Assembly: GCA_963796955.1 (NCBI GenBank)
Contig: CAWCNJ010000005.1
Span: 1 to 64,000 of the forward strand
DNA: 64,000 bases
Source of the DNA: Endomicrobiales bacterium
GTDB taxonomy: Bacteria > Elusimicrobiota > Endomicrobiia > Endomicrobiales > JALOBY01
Direction: 5' to 3'
Position numbers and translations under genes: made by a program. This document shows, piece by piece, positions 19,537 through 29,134 of the stretch (within the stretch, counting starts at the first letter, position 1; the number at the start of each line of letters is the position of its first letter). The notes under the pieces were generated by a model, which did not search any database, was not told the DNA's origin, and worked only from the letters and a program-made list of their open reading frames with translations.

Positions 19537-19938
19537 CTATTTCGCTGCGGGTGCCGCTGCCGCCGCTGCCGCCTTGCCTGCCGAGCCTACCGTCTTACGA
19601 CGGCCGCGACGGGTACGGGCGTTGGTCTTGGTGCGCTGGCCGCGAACCGGCAGGTTCCGGCGATGACGGTAACCGCGGTACGAGCCGATATCCATCAGGC
19701 GGCGAATATGCTGCTGTATGTCGCGTCTGAGATCGCCTTCCACCTTATAATTTTTCGCGATGATGGTGTTAAGTTTGTTAACATCGTCTTCGTTAAGGTC
19801 TTTTACGCGCTTGGCTGGGTCCATCTGGGCTTCCGCGAGCACTTCGTCGGCGATAGCGGGCCCGATGCCGTAAACATATCTCAATGCGATATCAATTCTT
19901 TTGGTCTTTGGTAAGTCAATTCCTGCAACTCTTGCCAT
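19537..19938 (-). CDS. rpsM: 30S ribosomal protein S13
   Basis: [23 protein letters not shown]. Confidence 0.97.
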   Translation of the reverse strand: MARVAGIDLPKTKRIDIALRYVYGIGPAIADEVLAEAQMDPAKRVKDLNEDDVNKLNTIIAKNYKVEGDLRRDIQQHIRRLMDIGSYRGYRHRRNLPVRGQRTKTNARTRRGRRKTVGSAGKAAAAAAAPAAK

Positions 19939-19998
19939 TGGTTCTGCCTCCGGTGTGTTTTCGCCAAATCCAAGCTATATATGTAAATGCGAGTAAAC

Positions 19999-20007
19999 AT
20001 TATAGCA
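19999..20007 (-). promoter_or_regulatory. Possible extended -10 promoter for the alpha operon
   Basis: TGCTATAAT about 60 nt upstream of rpsM; no clear -35. Confidence 0.4.
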
Positions 20008-20033
20008 TTTATTTGGCGCTGCTTTAGATAAAT

Positions 20034-20147
20034 TTATCCCTGGCGCTGTTTGTGGCGCGGGTCCGCACAGACCACACGCGTTACACCCTTGCGCTTGATA
20101 ACCTTGCATTTCTGACAAATTGGCTTTACTGATGCACGTACTTTCAT
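20034..20147 (-). CDS. rpmJ: 50S ribosomal protein L36
   Basis: Not in the ORF track. Manual translation gives [37 protein letters not shown]. Confidence 0.97.
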   Translation of the reverse strand: MKVRASVKPICQKCKVIKRKGVTRVVCADPRHKQRQG

Positions 20148-20221
20148 GGAACACCTCTTGTCCTTGTTATAGCCTATCGTGACATCCCGGCGTCAACGGC
20201 TTTGCCTTAGAGTGCCGGGAT
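20148..20221 (-). repeat. Hairpin+RBS cassette, copy A (upstream of rpmJ)
   Basis: ATCCCGGC-ACT..GCCGTTGAC-GCCGGGAT plus a 36-nt conserved tail ending at ATG. Confidence 0.85.
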
Positions 20222-20235
20222 ATACACTCTTCGTT

Positions 20236-20454
20236 TTATTTTTCTCTATATGTTATGCGGCCCCGCGTCAAGTCGTACGGGGACAGCTCAACTTTCACTT
20301 TATCACCGGGCAGGATCTTGATGTAATGCATACGCATCTTGCCGCAGATGTGCGCCAGTATCTTATGGCCGCCTTCTATTTCTACGCGAAACATAGCGTT
20401 CGGTAAAGCCTCTAATATGATCCCTTCTACAAGTATCTTGTCTTCTTTTGTCAT
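20236..20454 (-). CDS. infA: Translation initiation factor IF-1
   Basis: [34 protein letters not shown]. Confidence 0.98.
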   Translation of the reverse strand: MTKEDKILVEGIILEALPNAMFRVEIEGGHKILAHICGKMRMHYIKILPGDKVKVELSPYDLTRGRITYREK

Positions 20455-20531
20455 GGAGCCCCTCTAGCTTTTATCATTGCCGCTTGCGACATCCCGGCGT
20501 CAACGGCGGGTGTTGCACACAGTGCCGGGAT
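20455..20531 (-). repeat. Hairpin+RBS cassette, copy B (upstream of infA)
   Basis: Same consensus; 36-nt tail to ATG. Confidence 0.85.
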
Positions 20532-20544
20532 ATATACTTTCCCT

Positions 20545-21321
20545 TTATCTTGGCGTCAATATCTCACTGCCGTCTTCGGTTACCGCGACCATATGTTCTT
20601 CATGGGCGCACAGCTTGCCGTCGGCGGTCACTACCGTCCAGCCGTCAGACAGCGTCTTTACATCCCGTCCGCCTTCATTTATCATTGGTTCTATACAAAT
20701 GACCATCCCGGGGACCAGGCGAACGCCTGTTCCGGGAGTGCCGAAATTCATTACCGGCGGTTCTTCATGAAGCTGTCTGCCTATGCCGTGGCCTACGTAT
20801 TCACGTACTACGGAAAATCCATTTGCTTCAGCGTGTTTCTGTATCGCGAACGAGACATCACCAAGCCTGTTGCCGGGCCTTACCGCTTCTATCGCCCGTG
20901 CCAGACATTCCCGCGTTACTTTCATCAGGCGCAGCGCCGTCGGCGAGACGGTGCCGACCGGAAAAGTCGCGGCGCAGTCGCCGTAAAAACCATCGGCGAT
21001 CGTACCCAGGTCAATGGTGACCACATCACCGTTCTTCAATTTTTTTCCGGAACGGGGAATGCCATGCACCAGTTCTTCATTTACGGAGACACAGGCAGTC
21101 GCGGGGTATCCACGGTAACCAAGGAAGGCGGGCTTCATACCTTTTTTGGAAATGGCCTCGAACGCTATATCATCCAACTCTTTTGTAGAGATGCCGGGCT
21201 TGATCGATTCAGAGATCTTTTTTAGCACTTCCGCGGCGGCTGTTCCCGCCACACGCAGCTTTTCCATATCCGACGAAGACTTCAATTCTATAAGCGGCTG
21301 ATTATTTTTCGATCGATTCAC
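20545..21321 (-). CDS. map: Methionine aminopeptidase type I
   Basis: SVNEELVHGIP, GHGIG, IEPMIN, HEEH. Start uncertain (GTG 21321 overlapping adk). Confidence 0.95.
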   Translation of the reverse strand: MNRSKNNQPLIELKSSSDMEKLRVAGTAAAEVLKKISESIKPGISTKELDDIAFEAISKKGMKPAFLGYRGYPATACVSVNEELVHGIPRSGKKLKNGDVVTIDLGTIADGFYGDCAATFPVGTVSPTALRLMKVTRECLARAIEAVRPGNRLGDVSFAIQKHAEANGFSVVREYVGHGIGRQLHEEPPVMNFGTPGTGVRLVPGMVICIEPMINEGGRDVKTLSDGWTVVTADGKLCAHEEHMVAVTEDGSEILTPR

Positions 21322-21967
21322 AAATGGCCTTGAAGATGCCGTCCACCGCACCGCTTCCCTGAACCTTTCTGACTATTCCGGATTTAGAATAATATTCAAT
21401 GATCGGGCTGGTTTGATCTTTGTATACCGACAGACGTTTGCGGATCGTTGTTTCATTGTCATCGGCGCGTTGAATAACTTTGCCTTTGCAGGTGTCGCAG
21501 ACATCGGCTGTTTTAGCCGGCTGTGTAATGGTGTTGTATGTCGCGCCGCAGGCAACACATACCCGGCGGCTTGCAAGGCGTTTTACTATCTCTTCGTCCT
21601 CAACAATTATCGCGACAACCTTCTCTATCTTTTTACCGGCAGAAGCTCCTTCGGATCGGGCTTCCGCAAGAGCCTTATCAAGGGCCTCGGCCTGCGGTAT
21701 AGTGCGCGGGAAGCCGTCCAGCAGGAATCCTTTTTCAGTATCCTTTCTGGTAAGGCGTTCCATGACAAGCTTAATCACCAGTTCATCCGGCACCAGCTTG
21801 CCGGCGCTCATGTAGCTTTGCAGTTCTTTTCCAAGCGCCGAACCGCTTTCGGAAGCTTCGCGGAACATATCCCCTGTGGAAATATGAGGAATGATATATT
21901 TCGCTGCTATTTTTTTTGCCTGTGTGCCTTTACCTGCGCCCGGGGGACCAACCAAGATCAAGTTCAT
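21302..21967 (-). CDS. adk: Adenylate kinase with Zn-binding lid
   Basis: GPPGAGKGTQ, LLDGFPRT, CxxC...CxxC lid. Confidence 0.98.
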   Translation of the reverse strand: MNLILVGPPGAGKGTQAKKIAAKYIIPHISTGDMFREASESGSALGKELQSYMSAGKLVPDELVIKLVMERLTRKDTEKGFLLDGFPRTIPQAEALDKALAEARSEGASAGKKIEKVVAIIVEDEEIVKRLASRRVCVACGATYNTITQPAKTADVCDTCKGKVIQRADDNETTIRKRLSVYKDQTSPIIEYYSKSGIVRKVQGSGAVDGIFKAICESIEK

Positions 21968-21978
21968 TATATGCTCCG

Positions 21979-23307
21979 TTATTTAATGTTAAACCAGCGG
22001 CCTTTGATACGGCCGTCTTTTACGAAACCGTCGTAATGGCGCATGATCAAGTGAGACTCTATCTGGCCGACCGTGTCCAGCGCTACGCCGACAACGATCA
22101 GCAGAGAGGTGCCGCCGAAAAAGAAAGGCGCATTGAACAATCTTCTCATATAATCAGGCATCACGGCTATACAGGCCACGAACAGGGCGCCGCCAAGGGT
22201 TATGCGCTCGAGTATTTTCTGTATGTGCAGCGCCGTCGGCTCGCCCGGGCGTATACCGGGAACAAAGCCGCCCCATTTTTTCATATTTTCGGCAAGCTCT
22301 TTGGGGTTGAAGGCGACCGAATTATAGAAGTAGCAGAAAAATATAATAAGAGCGGCGTACACCACTTCATAGGTTACCGTTCCGCGGTTCCACCACTCGG
22401 AGACCATCTTGGCCATAGGGTTGTTCGGAAAGAACTGAGCCATGGTCAACGGGGCTGAAAGCAATGAGATCGCGAATATTACCGCGATAACGCCCGACTG
22501 GTCAACCTTCAGGGGCAGGAACGTGCTGGCACCGCCATACATTTTACGGCCTACCATTCGTTTAGCATACTGCACCGGTATTTTTCGCTGCGCGGTTTCC
22601 ACCCAGACAACGGCTGCCATTACCGCGAGCACGATCGCCAGCAAACCGACGACCGCGAAAATAGATATTTCATCCAGGCGCACCAGCCTGATAACGTCTT
22701 TTACCGCGCCCGGCAGACGGTCAACGATACCCGCGAAGATCATAAGCGAAATACCGTTGCCAATACCCATCTCGGTTATCTGCTCGCCGAACCACATAAC
22801 TACGATGGTACCGGTAATAAGCGTAATGACCGTCATGGTTATCCAGGCGGTGGTCGCATCTTCAACCACGGAAAAGCCCGAGGGGGTCGGCATGCGGCTC
22901 ATTGCCAGCGTAAGCCCGAAAGACTGTATTGCGCCCAGCAGCAAAGTGAAATAGCGTGTATATTGGTTCAGTTTCTTGCGCCCGAGATCCCCTTCTTTCG
23001 CAAGCCGGTCCAGATAGGGTATCAAATGCGCGCCCTGTAGCAAGGACATGATAATAGAGGCGTTGATGTAGGGCATGATACCCATGGAGAAAATGGACAG
23101 TTTGCTCAGCGCTCCGCCCGAAAACATATCCATAAAACCAAGCAGAGAGTTCTGGTGAGCGTCAAAGAGCGAACGTAAAGCAACCGCGTTCACACCCGGC
23201 ACGGGTATAGCGGCGCCTATGCGATAGGCGGCTATCAGGGCCAGCGTGAAAAACACGCGTTTTTTAAGTTCCGGCACTTTAAAAATATCTGCGAAGGTTT
23301 TTAGCAT
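21979..23307 (-). CDS. secY: Preprotein translocase SecY
   Basis: GIMPYINASII, GIGNGISL, PGIRPG, GGTSLLIVVGV. Confidence 0.98.
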   Translation of the reverse strand: MLKTFADIFKVPELKKRVFFTLALIAAYRIGAAIPVPGVNAVALRSLFDAHQNSLLGFMDMFSGGALSKLSIFSMGIMPYINASIIMSLLQGAHLIPYLDRLAKEGDLGRKKLNQYTRYFTLLLGAIQSFGLTLAMSRMPTPSGFSVVEDATTAWITMTVITLITGTIVVMWFGEQITEMGIGNGISLMIFAGIVDRLPGAVKDVIRLVRLDEISIFAVVGLLAIVLAVMAAVVWVETAQRKIPVQYAKRMVGRKMYGGASTFLPLKVDQSGVIAVIFAISLLSAPLTMAQFFPNNPMAKMVSEWWNRGTVTYEVVYAALIIFFCYFYNSVAFNPKELAENMKKWGGFVPGIRPGEPTALHIQKILERITLGGALFVACIAVMPDYMRRLFNAPFFFGGTSLLIVVGVALDTVGQIESHLIMRHYDGFVKDGRIKGRWFNIK

Positions 23308-23326
23308 AATTTCGTATTATCCCATC

Positions 23327-23354
23327 GTTGGGACGCAAGATCTTGCGTCCCAAC
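23327..23354. repeat. REP-like 28-bp palindrome
   Basis: gttgggacgcaaga-tcttgcgtcccaac, perfect; 8 nt after the rplO stop. Confidence 0.85.
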
Positions 23355-23362
23355 AAGAATAT

Positions 23363-23857
23363 TTACTTCTTTTTAACAACCTTTTTTACACCTTTAACAA
23401 CAGGAGCAGGCCCCTTAAGCACTTCAGCTGTCCCGCCGGCCTTTATTATACAGTCAGCGGCCATTTTTGAATATGCGTGCACTTTAACGATAAGCTTTTT
23501 CTTGATCTCACCGTTGGCTAATACTTTCACGCGGTCGCCTTTGTTGACCAGTTTCGCCTTGATCAAAGCACCAAGGTCAACGGTCGAACCATTGTCAAAG
23601 GCCTTTTCAAGTGCGACAAGATTCACCGGTGTGTAGGCTTCACGCTGTTTGTTATTGAAACCGCGTTTCGGCACGCGGCGCACCAGCGGCATCTGACCGC
23701 CCTCAAAACCTATCATCTTTCCGTCGCCCGATCTGGAAGTCTGGCCCTTCATGCCCATGGTGGCCGATCCGCCGTGACCGCTGCCTTCGCCGCGGCCTAT
23801 TATTTTGCGGCGGTGGCGTGCACCGTGAGCGGCTTTCAAATTGTTTAATCCTATCAT
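23363..23857 (-). CDS. rplO: 50S ribosomal protein L15
   Basis: GRGEGSG, FEGGQMPL, PKRGF. Confidence 0.97.
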   Translation of the reverse strand: MIGLNNLKAAHGARHRRKIIGRGEGSGHGGSATMGMKGQTSRSGDGKMIGFEGGQMPLVRRVPKRGFNNKQREAYTPVNLVALEKAFDNGSTVDLGALIKAKLVNKGDRVKVLANGEIKKKLIVKVHAYSKMAADCIIKAGGTAEVLKGPAPVVKGVKKVVKKK

Positions 23858-23934
23858 TGAACACCTCTTGTATTTGTAATTGCTTCTTGTGAAATCCCGC
23901 CGTCAACGGCGTGTGTGCTACACAGTGGCGGGAT
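23858..23934 (-). repeat. Hairpin+RBS cassette, copy C (upstream of rplO, where rpmD usually lies)
   Basis: ATCCCGCC...GGCGGGAT stem (compensatory change vs copies A/B); 36-nt tail to ATG. Confidence 0.85.
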
Positions 23935-23937
23935 GGG

Positions 23938-24465
23938 TTATATAACGTCCTTATTTCTCATTTTTGCTATCTCTTCACGGGTCCGCAGGTTCAACAAACC
24001 ATCCATGGTCGCGTAGACCACGTTGAAGGGATTGCCGGAACGCTGCGACTTGGTAAGGATATCGGTTATGCCCGCGGCCTCAAGCACTGCGCGCACGGCG
24101 CCGCCTGCGATAACACCTGTCCCGGGAGCGGCCGGTTTCAGGAAAACCCTGCCCGCGCCGGACTTGCCGGTGATCTCATGCGGTATAGTGGTACCGACGC
24201 GAGGCACTGACACCATGTGCTTCTGGCCACGAGCGGTGCCTTTGGCGATCGCCGACTGCACTTCATTGGCCTTGCCAAGTCCTACGCCGACTTTTCCGGC
24301 TCCGTCGCCTACGACAACAAGCGCGTTGAAGGAAAAGCGTTTACCGCCCTTAACCACTTTAGCAACACGGTTAATGGCCACTACGGTTTCTTTAAAGGGA
24401 CTCTCTACTCTTTCCGGCCTGCCGCGCCCTTCACGGGGGCGGGATTCTCTGGTTTCTTCTGCCAA
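23938..24465 (-). CDS. rpsE: 30S ribosomal protein S5
   Basis: [23 protein letters not shown] start at 24465 with GGAGG RBS. Confidence 0.97.
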   Translation of the reverse strand: MAEETRESRPREGRGRPERVESPFKETVVAINRVAKVVKGGKRFSFNALVVVGDGAGKVGVGLGKANEVQSAIAKGTARGQKHMVSVPRVGTTIPHEITGKSGAGRVFLKPAAPGTGVIAGGAVRAVLEAAGITDILTKSQRSGNPFNVVYATMDGLLNLRTREEIAKMRNKDVI

Positions 24466-24481
24466 TGTATCCTCCGAATTA

Positions 24482-24841
24482 TTAAAATTCCAGCCCAGCC
24501 GCACGGGCGGCATCGGCGAATGCTTTTACACGTCCGTGGTACTGATAACCGCCACGGTCGAACACTACTTTCTTCACGCCCTTTTCCTGGGCCTTTTTCC
24601 CTACCAGTGTTCCGACGGCTTTCGCGGCTTCTATCGTGTCCGAGGACTTAAGAGTACCCTTAAGTTCCGGCGACAATGTTGATGCTGCGGCAACAGTAAC
24701 GCCAAGATCGTCATTGATGACCTGGGCATAGATATTGTTCTGTCCGCGATACACGCACAGGCGGGGCCTTTCTGCCGTACCGTTGATCTTTGCGCTGGTG
24801 CGCGATTTGCGAAATGCGTGTTGTTCTTTACTGGTCCTCAT
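24482..24841 (-). CDS. rplR: 50S ribosomal protein L18
   Basis: [20 protein letters not shown]. Confidence 0.97.
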   Translation of the reverse strand: MRTSKEQHAFRKSRTSAKINGTAERPRLCVYRGQNNIYAQVINDDLGVTVAAASTLSPELKGTLKSSDTIEAAKAVGTLVGKKAQEKGVKKVVFDRGGYQYHGRVKAFADAARAAGLEF

Positions 24842-24888
24842 GGTATCTTCCTTTGAGTTGTTCGACTGTATTCGAACAGAGTTATTCG

Positions 24889-25459
24889 TTATTTTTTGCC
24901 ACCGGCGCCGCCGCCTGCCGAGCCTGCCGCTGCCTTACCGGCCTTGCGGATAATGTGCTCGCCGACGTATTTAATGCCGGATGCTTTGTACGGCTCAGGC
25001 TTGCGAATGGAGCGTATCTGCGCGGCCGTTTCCCCAACCACTTCTTTATTGACACCACTCAGTGTCAACTGGGTGTTCTTTTTCAACGACCCCTTTAATT
25101 CCGGCGGGAAGCATGTATATTTGCGGCAGAGAATAACCGACGTTCAGTACCAGTTTCTGCCCTTCAACGGACATCTTATAACCAAGGCCTGAAACTTCAA
25201 GTTCTTTTTTATAGCCGGTATTTACGCCTTCAAGGCAATTCTTTATAAGGCCTCTGGTTGTCCCCTGCATCATATTGGCTTCCTTGGACTCCACGCGCTG
25301 GAACACCGAAACCTGCTTAGGCTCTATCTTCACATCAAGCAAGCGGTGGATGTTCAAGCTGAGCTTTCCAAGGGGGCCTTGAAAATGCATTACTTGGTCT
25401 TTGAATTCAACTTTTACTTTTTCAGGTATGGCAAGTGCTACTTTTCCCATGCGGCTCAT
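24889..25459 (-). CDS. rplF: 50S ribosomal protein L6 (one frameshift near 25080)
   Basis: MSRMGK...GLGYK in one frame and RKPEPYK in the next; break at an A-run. Confidence 0.93.
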
Positions 25460-25474
25460 GATTATTATTCCTCT

Positions 25475-25870
25475 TTACCAGATATATCCAAGTATTTCGC
25501 CGCCAACTTTTTCGGCGCGCGCAGTTTTGTCAGACATCAGCCCACGCGGCGTGGACACTATGACGGTGCCCGTTCCGCTTGCTACCTTCGGAAGGGTAGA
25601 ATAGCCGCTGTACTTGCGTACGCCCGGCGTAGAAACGCGGCGCAGCCCTACGATCACTTTCTTTCCCTCAGGAGTATATTTCAAATAGATCCGCAGCACT
25701 CCCTGCTTATGATCTTCAATTGTCTTGTAGTTGGAGATATAACCTTCTTCCTTCAACAGCTTCGCTATCTCTACTTTCAGCTTGCTGGAGGGTATATCCA
25801 GCTTTTCCATCATTTTCGCGTTCGCGTTGCGAATACGGGTAAACAAATCTGCAATTGGATCTGTGGTCAT
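25475..25870 (-). CDS. rpsH: 30S ribosomal protein S8
   Basis: DPIADLFTRIRNA, RVSTPG, GGEIL. Confidence 0.97.
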   Translation of the reverse strand: MTTDPIADLFTRIRNANAKMMEKLDIPSSKLKVEIAKLLKEEGYISNYKTIEDHKQGVLRIYLKYTPEGKKVIVGLRRVSTPGVRKYSGYSTLPKVASGTGTVIVSTPRGLMSDKTARAEKVGGEILGYIW

Positions 25871-25895
25871 GTGTCCTCTTTAGTTGTTTCATTCC

Positions 25896-25934
25896 TTCAA
25901 AGATAAGTATCCGGTTACGGACTTTATCCCTGAA
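25896..25934 (-). promoter_or_regulatory. Candidate S8-binding mRNA hairpin (16S h21 mimic)
   Basis: TTCAGGGATAAAGTCCG-TAAC-CGGATACTTATCTTTGAA; the AAGUC/GAUACU core matches this genome's 16S h21. Confidence 0.65.
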
Positions 25935-25949
25935 ACTGCCGCGGTACGC

Positions 25950-26135
25950 TTACCAGCTTGATTTTGTGACGCCCGGGATCTCACCCTTATGGGCAAGCTT
26001 GCGGAAACAGATACGGCACAGGCCGAAGTCACGGTAAAACCCGCGGGGGCGGCCGCAGATGCTGCAACGATTGCGGTGGCGCACTGCATATTTCATCGGC
26101 TTGGCCATTTTTGCTATTGCGGATGTTGTTGCCAT
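25950..26135 (-). CDS. rpsN: 30S ribosomal protein S14 (61-aa Zn-binding type Z)
   Basis: [25 protein letters not shown]. Confidence 0.97.
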   Translation of the reverse strand: MATTSAIAKMAKPMKYAVRHRNRCSICGRPRGFYRDFGLCRICFRKLAHKGEIPGVTKSSW

Positions 26136-26208
26136 TGAGCACTCCTGTTGTTGTTATTGCTTCTTGCGAAATCCCGCCGCCAACGGCTTTGCTTCATAGT
26201 GGCGGGGT
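26136..26208 (-). repeat. Hairpin+RBS cassette, copy D (upstream of rpsN)
   Basis: ACCCCGCC...GGCGGGAT; fills the whole rplE-rpsN gap; 35-nt tail to ATG. Confidence 0.85.
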
Positions 26209-26784
26209 TTATTTCTCCTGTTTCTGTTCGCGTTTCTTGAACGGCATGCCGAGCAGCGTTATCAGATCACGTGCCTGTTCGTCTGAATCCGTCGAGGTTA
26301 CTACCGTTATATTCATGCCCCGGGGTTTGTCTGATTTCTCTGCGTTGACTTCGGGGAATATATACTGTTCGGTAAGGCCCAGGTTCAGATTGCCTTTACC
26401 GTCAAAAGCGTTCGGCTCAAAACCGCGGAAGTCCCTGACGCGCGGGAACGCGACGTTGACCATGCGGTCAAAGAATTCGTACATCATATCGCCGCGCAGT
26501 GTAACTTTGGCGCCTATCGGCATACCCTGGCGCAATTTGAAGTTCGAGATGGATTTTTTGGACTTGCAGATCTTCGGTTTCTGGCCGGTGATCGCCGCAA
26601 GTTCTTCCATAGCGATATCTACTATCTTAACATTTTCCTTGGCCTCGGAAAGGCCCACGTTAACCACTATTTTTTCAAGGCGCGGCACCTGATTGATGTT
26701 GGAGTACTTATACTTTTCCATCAAAGCGGGCGCTACACTATTGGTGAACGTTTCCTTCAACCTGGCGGCATTTTCTTTCTTCAT
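26209..26784 (-). CDS. rplE: 50S ribosomal protein L5
   Basis: PRLEKIVVN, KVTLRG, PRVRDFRG; ATG 26784. Confidence 0.97.
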   Translation of the reverse strand: MKKENAARLKETFTNSVAPALMEKYKYSNINQVPRLEKIVVNVGLSEAKENVKIVDIAMEELAAITGQKPKICKSKKSISNFKLRQGMPIGAKVTLRGDMMYEFFDRMVNVAFPRVRDFRGFEPNAFDGKGNLNLGLTEQYIFPEVNAEKSDKPRGMNITVVTSTDSDEQARDLITLLGMPFKKREQKQEK

Positions 26785-26795
26785 AGTAACTTCCT

Positions 26796-27107
26796 TTATA
26801 TGATCATCTCGCCGCATTTGCGGCAGACGCGCACTTTTTTCCCGTCGCTCAGGGTGTCCGTCTTAGGGCGCATGGGCTGGCCGCATTTCGGGCACACCAG
26901 CATCAGCTTTGACAGGCTCATCGGCGCTTCTTTTTCAAGAATACCGCCGGGGTCCGACTGAGTGGCTTTTTTGTGTTTTTTCACAAAATTGACTTTCGCC
27001 ACGATCGCCGTCATTTTACCCGGGTCAACCACCAGCACTTCGCCCTGTTTTCCCTTGTTCTTTCCAGACAGTACAACCACTTTATCTTTCTTCTTTATGT
27101 TGAACAT
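26796..27107 (-). CDS. rplX: 50S ribosomal protein L24
   Basis: KOW motif DKVVVLSGKNKGKQGEV; EKEAP. Confidence 0.96.
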   Translation of the reverse strand: MFNIKKKDKVVVLSGKNKGKQGEVLVVDPGKMTAIVAKVNFVKKHKKATQSDPGGILEKEAPMSLSKLMLVCPKCGQPMRPKTDTLSDGKKVRVCRKCGEMII

Positions 27108-27118
27108 TACAGTATCCT

Positions 27119-27487
27119 TTATACGACTTCTGGCGCAAGTGAGATTATCTTAAGATAATTCTTTTCGCGCAGTTCGCGGGCGACCGGCCCGAAAATACGC
27201 GTGCCTTTCGGCTCGTTCTCTTCGGTGATCACGACTGCCGCGTTATCGTCGAACTTGATATACGTTCCGTCAGCGCGCTTATTCTCTTTAGCGGTGCGCA
27301 CTATCACGGCGCGTACCACATCGCCTTTCTTTATGGCGGCGTGCGGGATGGCGTCCTGGACCGAGGCGATAACGATCTCACCAAGGCCTGCGTATCTGCG
27401 GCGGCTTCCGCCGAGCATACGGAACACCCGAATCTTGCGGGCGCCCGAATTGTCTGCTACTACTAGTATTGACCTTTCCTGGATCAT
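27119..27487 (-). CDS. rplN: 50S ribosomal protein L14
   Basis: [26 protein letters not shown]. Confidence 0.98.
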   Translation of the reverse strand: MIQERSILVVADNSGARKIRVFRMLGGSRRRYAGLGEIVIASVQDAIPHAAIKKGDVVRAVIVRTAKENKRADGTYIKFDDNAAVVITEENEPKGTRIFGPVARELREKNYLKIISLAPEVV

Positions 27488-27496
27488 AGCGTTCCT

Positions 27497-27751
27497 CTAT
27501 TTAGCCTTTTCAACTACTTCCACCAGGCGCCAGCGTTTCAGCTTGGAGAGCGGCCGGGTTTCCATAATTTTTACTTTATCGCCGACGTTCGATTCCTGTT
27601 TTTCATCGTGCGCGTAGAATTTAGTGCGGCGGCGCATAACTTTTTCATAAGTCGGATGACGGAAGGTTCGGATAACTTCCACCACGATCGTCTTATCCAT
27701 TTTATCGCCCGTTACTACACCTACGCGGACCTTGCGGTTATTTCGTTCCAT
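27497..27751 (-). CDS. rpsQ: 30S ribosomal protein S17
   Basis: [19 protein letters not shown]. Confidence 0.97.
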   Translation of the reverse strand: MERNNRKVRVGVVTGDKMDKTIVVEVIRTFRHPTYEKVMRRRTKFYAHDEKQESNVGDKVKIMETRPLSKLKRWRLVEVVEKAK

Positions 27752-27944
27752 TCTGCTGCTCCTTCATAAGCGTCTTAAGGCGCGCTATCATACGGCGGAT
27801 ACCGCGTATTTCCAGGCCGTTCTTCATCGGCGTGGTCGCGTGCTTGAATTTCAGGCGGAACAGCTTTTCTTCGTTCTCGCGGAGCTTCAGCTGCAACTCA
27901 GCGTCCGTAAGGTTCTTAATTTCCTGCCAAACTTTTGTTTTCAT
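27738..27944 (-). CDS. rpmC: 50S ribosomal protein L29
   Basis: [15 protein letters not shown]; position in the S10 operon. Confidence 0.93.
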   Translation of the reverse strand: MKTKVWQEIKNLTDAELQLKLRENEEKLFRLKFKHATTPMKNGLEIRGIRRMIARLKTLMKEQQNGTK

Positions 27945-27950
27945 AATATT

Positions 27951-28364
27951 TTACATCTCCTGACGCTGAACGAATTTGCATTTAATAGGCAGCTTGTGCT
28001 CGGCAAGGCGCATTGCGCGTTTGCCTTCAGCTGCGTTCACGCCTTCCAGCTCGAACATGATACGGCCGGGCTTCACCACGGCTACCCAATGGTCCGGCGC
28101 GCCTTTACCTTTACCCATGCGGGTTTCCGCGGGTTTTTTCGAGACGGGCTTATCCGGGAATATGCGAACCCAGAGCTTGCCGCCCTTTTTAATGAAGCGG
28201 GTCAGGGCAACGCGGGCCGACTCAATTTGCTGGCCGGTTATCCAGTGCGGCTCCAGAGCCTGCAGGCCGTATTGGCCGAAAGCTATGGTGGAACCGCCTT
28301 TTGCGCGGCCCTTCATTCTGCCTCTGTGAGACTTACGATATTTAACGCGTTTTGGCATCAACAT
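27951..28364 (-). CDS. rplP: 50S ribosomal protein L16
   Basis: [25 protein letters not shown]. Confidence 0.98.
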   Translation of the reverse strand: MLMPKRVKYRKSHRGRMKGRAKGGSTIAFGQYGLQALEPHWITGQQIESARVALTRFIKKGGKLWVRIFPDKPVSKKPAETRMGKGKGAPDHWVAVVKPGRIMFELEGVNAAEGKRAMRLAEHKLPIKCKFVQRQEM

Positions 28365-28374
28365 ATTTATACCC

Positions 28375-29115
28375 TTATTTTTCTGTTTTTATGTCGGCAA
28401 TGGACAGAACGTTCTCTACCTTCAAGGCGGCTTCGTCCAGTTTTTCCTTCTCGACCAGCCTGACTTCATCCATCAGTTCTTTCTCGGATTTCATGAAAAG
28501 TTCTTTCTTGAAGATCCACACCTTGCAGCCGATCTGGCCCATGGTGGTCACGGCTTCGGTGAAGCCGTAATCTATGTCTGCGCGGAAGGTCTGAAGGGGC
28601 ACGCGGCCTTCCTTCATCCATTCTACGCGGGCTATTTCGGCGCCGCCAAGGCGGCCGCCTACCATTATCTTGATCCCGTTAGCGCCGCTGCTCATGGTCT
28701 TTTCCATAGCGCGTTTCATGGCGCGGCGAAAGGAGACCTGTTTTTCCAGCTGCATGGCGATACCTTCGGCCACCAACTGGGCGTCCAGTTCGGGGCGTTT
28801 GATCTCCATAACGTTTACGAAAGTCTTTCTACCGGTGAGAGATTCCATTTCCGTCTTAATGGTCTCTATGCCGGCGCCGCCCTTGCCGATAACTATACCG
28901 GGGCGTGCCGTATAGATATTGATGCGCAGGTACTTACCGGCGCGCTCGATGGCGATCTTGGAGACCGCTGCCAGGCGAAGCTTCCCTTTCAGGATCTGGC
29001 GTATACGGTAATCCTCTTCAATGAAATTGGGCATCTCTTTGAGATTGAACCACTTAGAGTCCCAGTCCTTAATGTAGCCGAGGCGAATGCCTTTTGGATG
29101 AATTTTGTGACCCAT
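28375..29115 (-). CDS. rpsC: 30S ribosomal protein S3
   Basis: [24 protein letters not shown]. Confidence 0.98.
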   Translation of the reverse strand: MGHKIHPKGIRLGYIKDWDSKWFNLKEMPNFIEEDYRIRQILKGKLRLAAVSKIAIERAGKYLRINIYTARPGIVIGKGGAGIETIKTEMESLTGRKTFVNVMEIKRPELDAQLVAEGIAMQLEKQVSFRRAMKRAMEKTMSSGANGIKIMVGGRLGGAEIARVEWMKEGRVPLQTFRADIDYGFTEAVTTMGQIGCKVWIFKKELFMKSEKELMDEVRLVEKEKLDEAALKVENVLSIADIKTEK

Positions 29116-29134
29116 ACTTTTCCTTTTTCCCTTT

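Noticed and set aside
24842..24888. Small hairpin TGTTCGA/TCGAACA before rplR as an L18/5S mimic
   Set aside because: Only a 5-nt CGAAC match, and it is base-paired; too weak to call.
25046..25090. Programmed frameshift in rplF (also rpoC ~38100 and glnA ~63600)
   Set aside because: Single-base indels in a contig with many clear errors; artefact is the simpler explanation.
20148..26208. Repeated cassette as a CRISPR array or attC sites
   Set aside because: Copies are separated by whole housekeeping genes; there are no spacers, cas genes, integrase or RYYYAAC/GTTRRRY ends.
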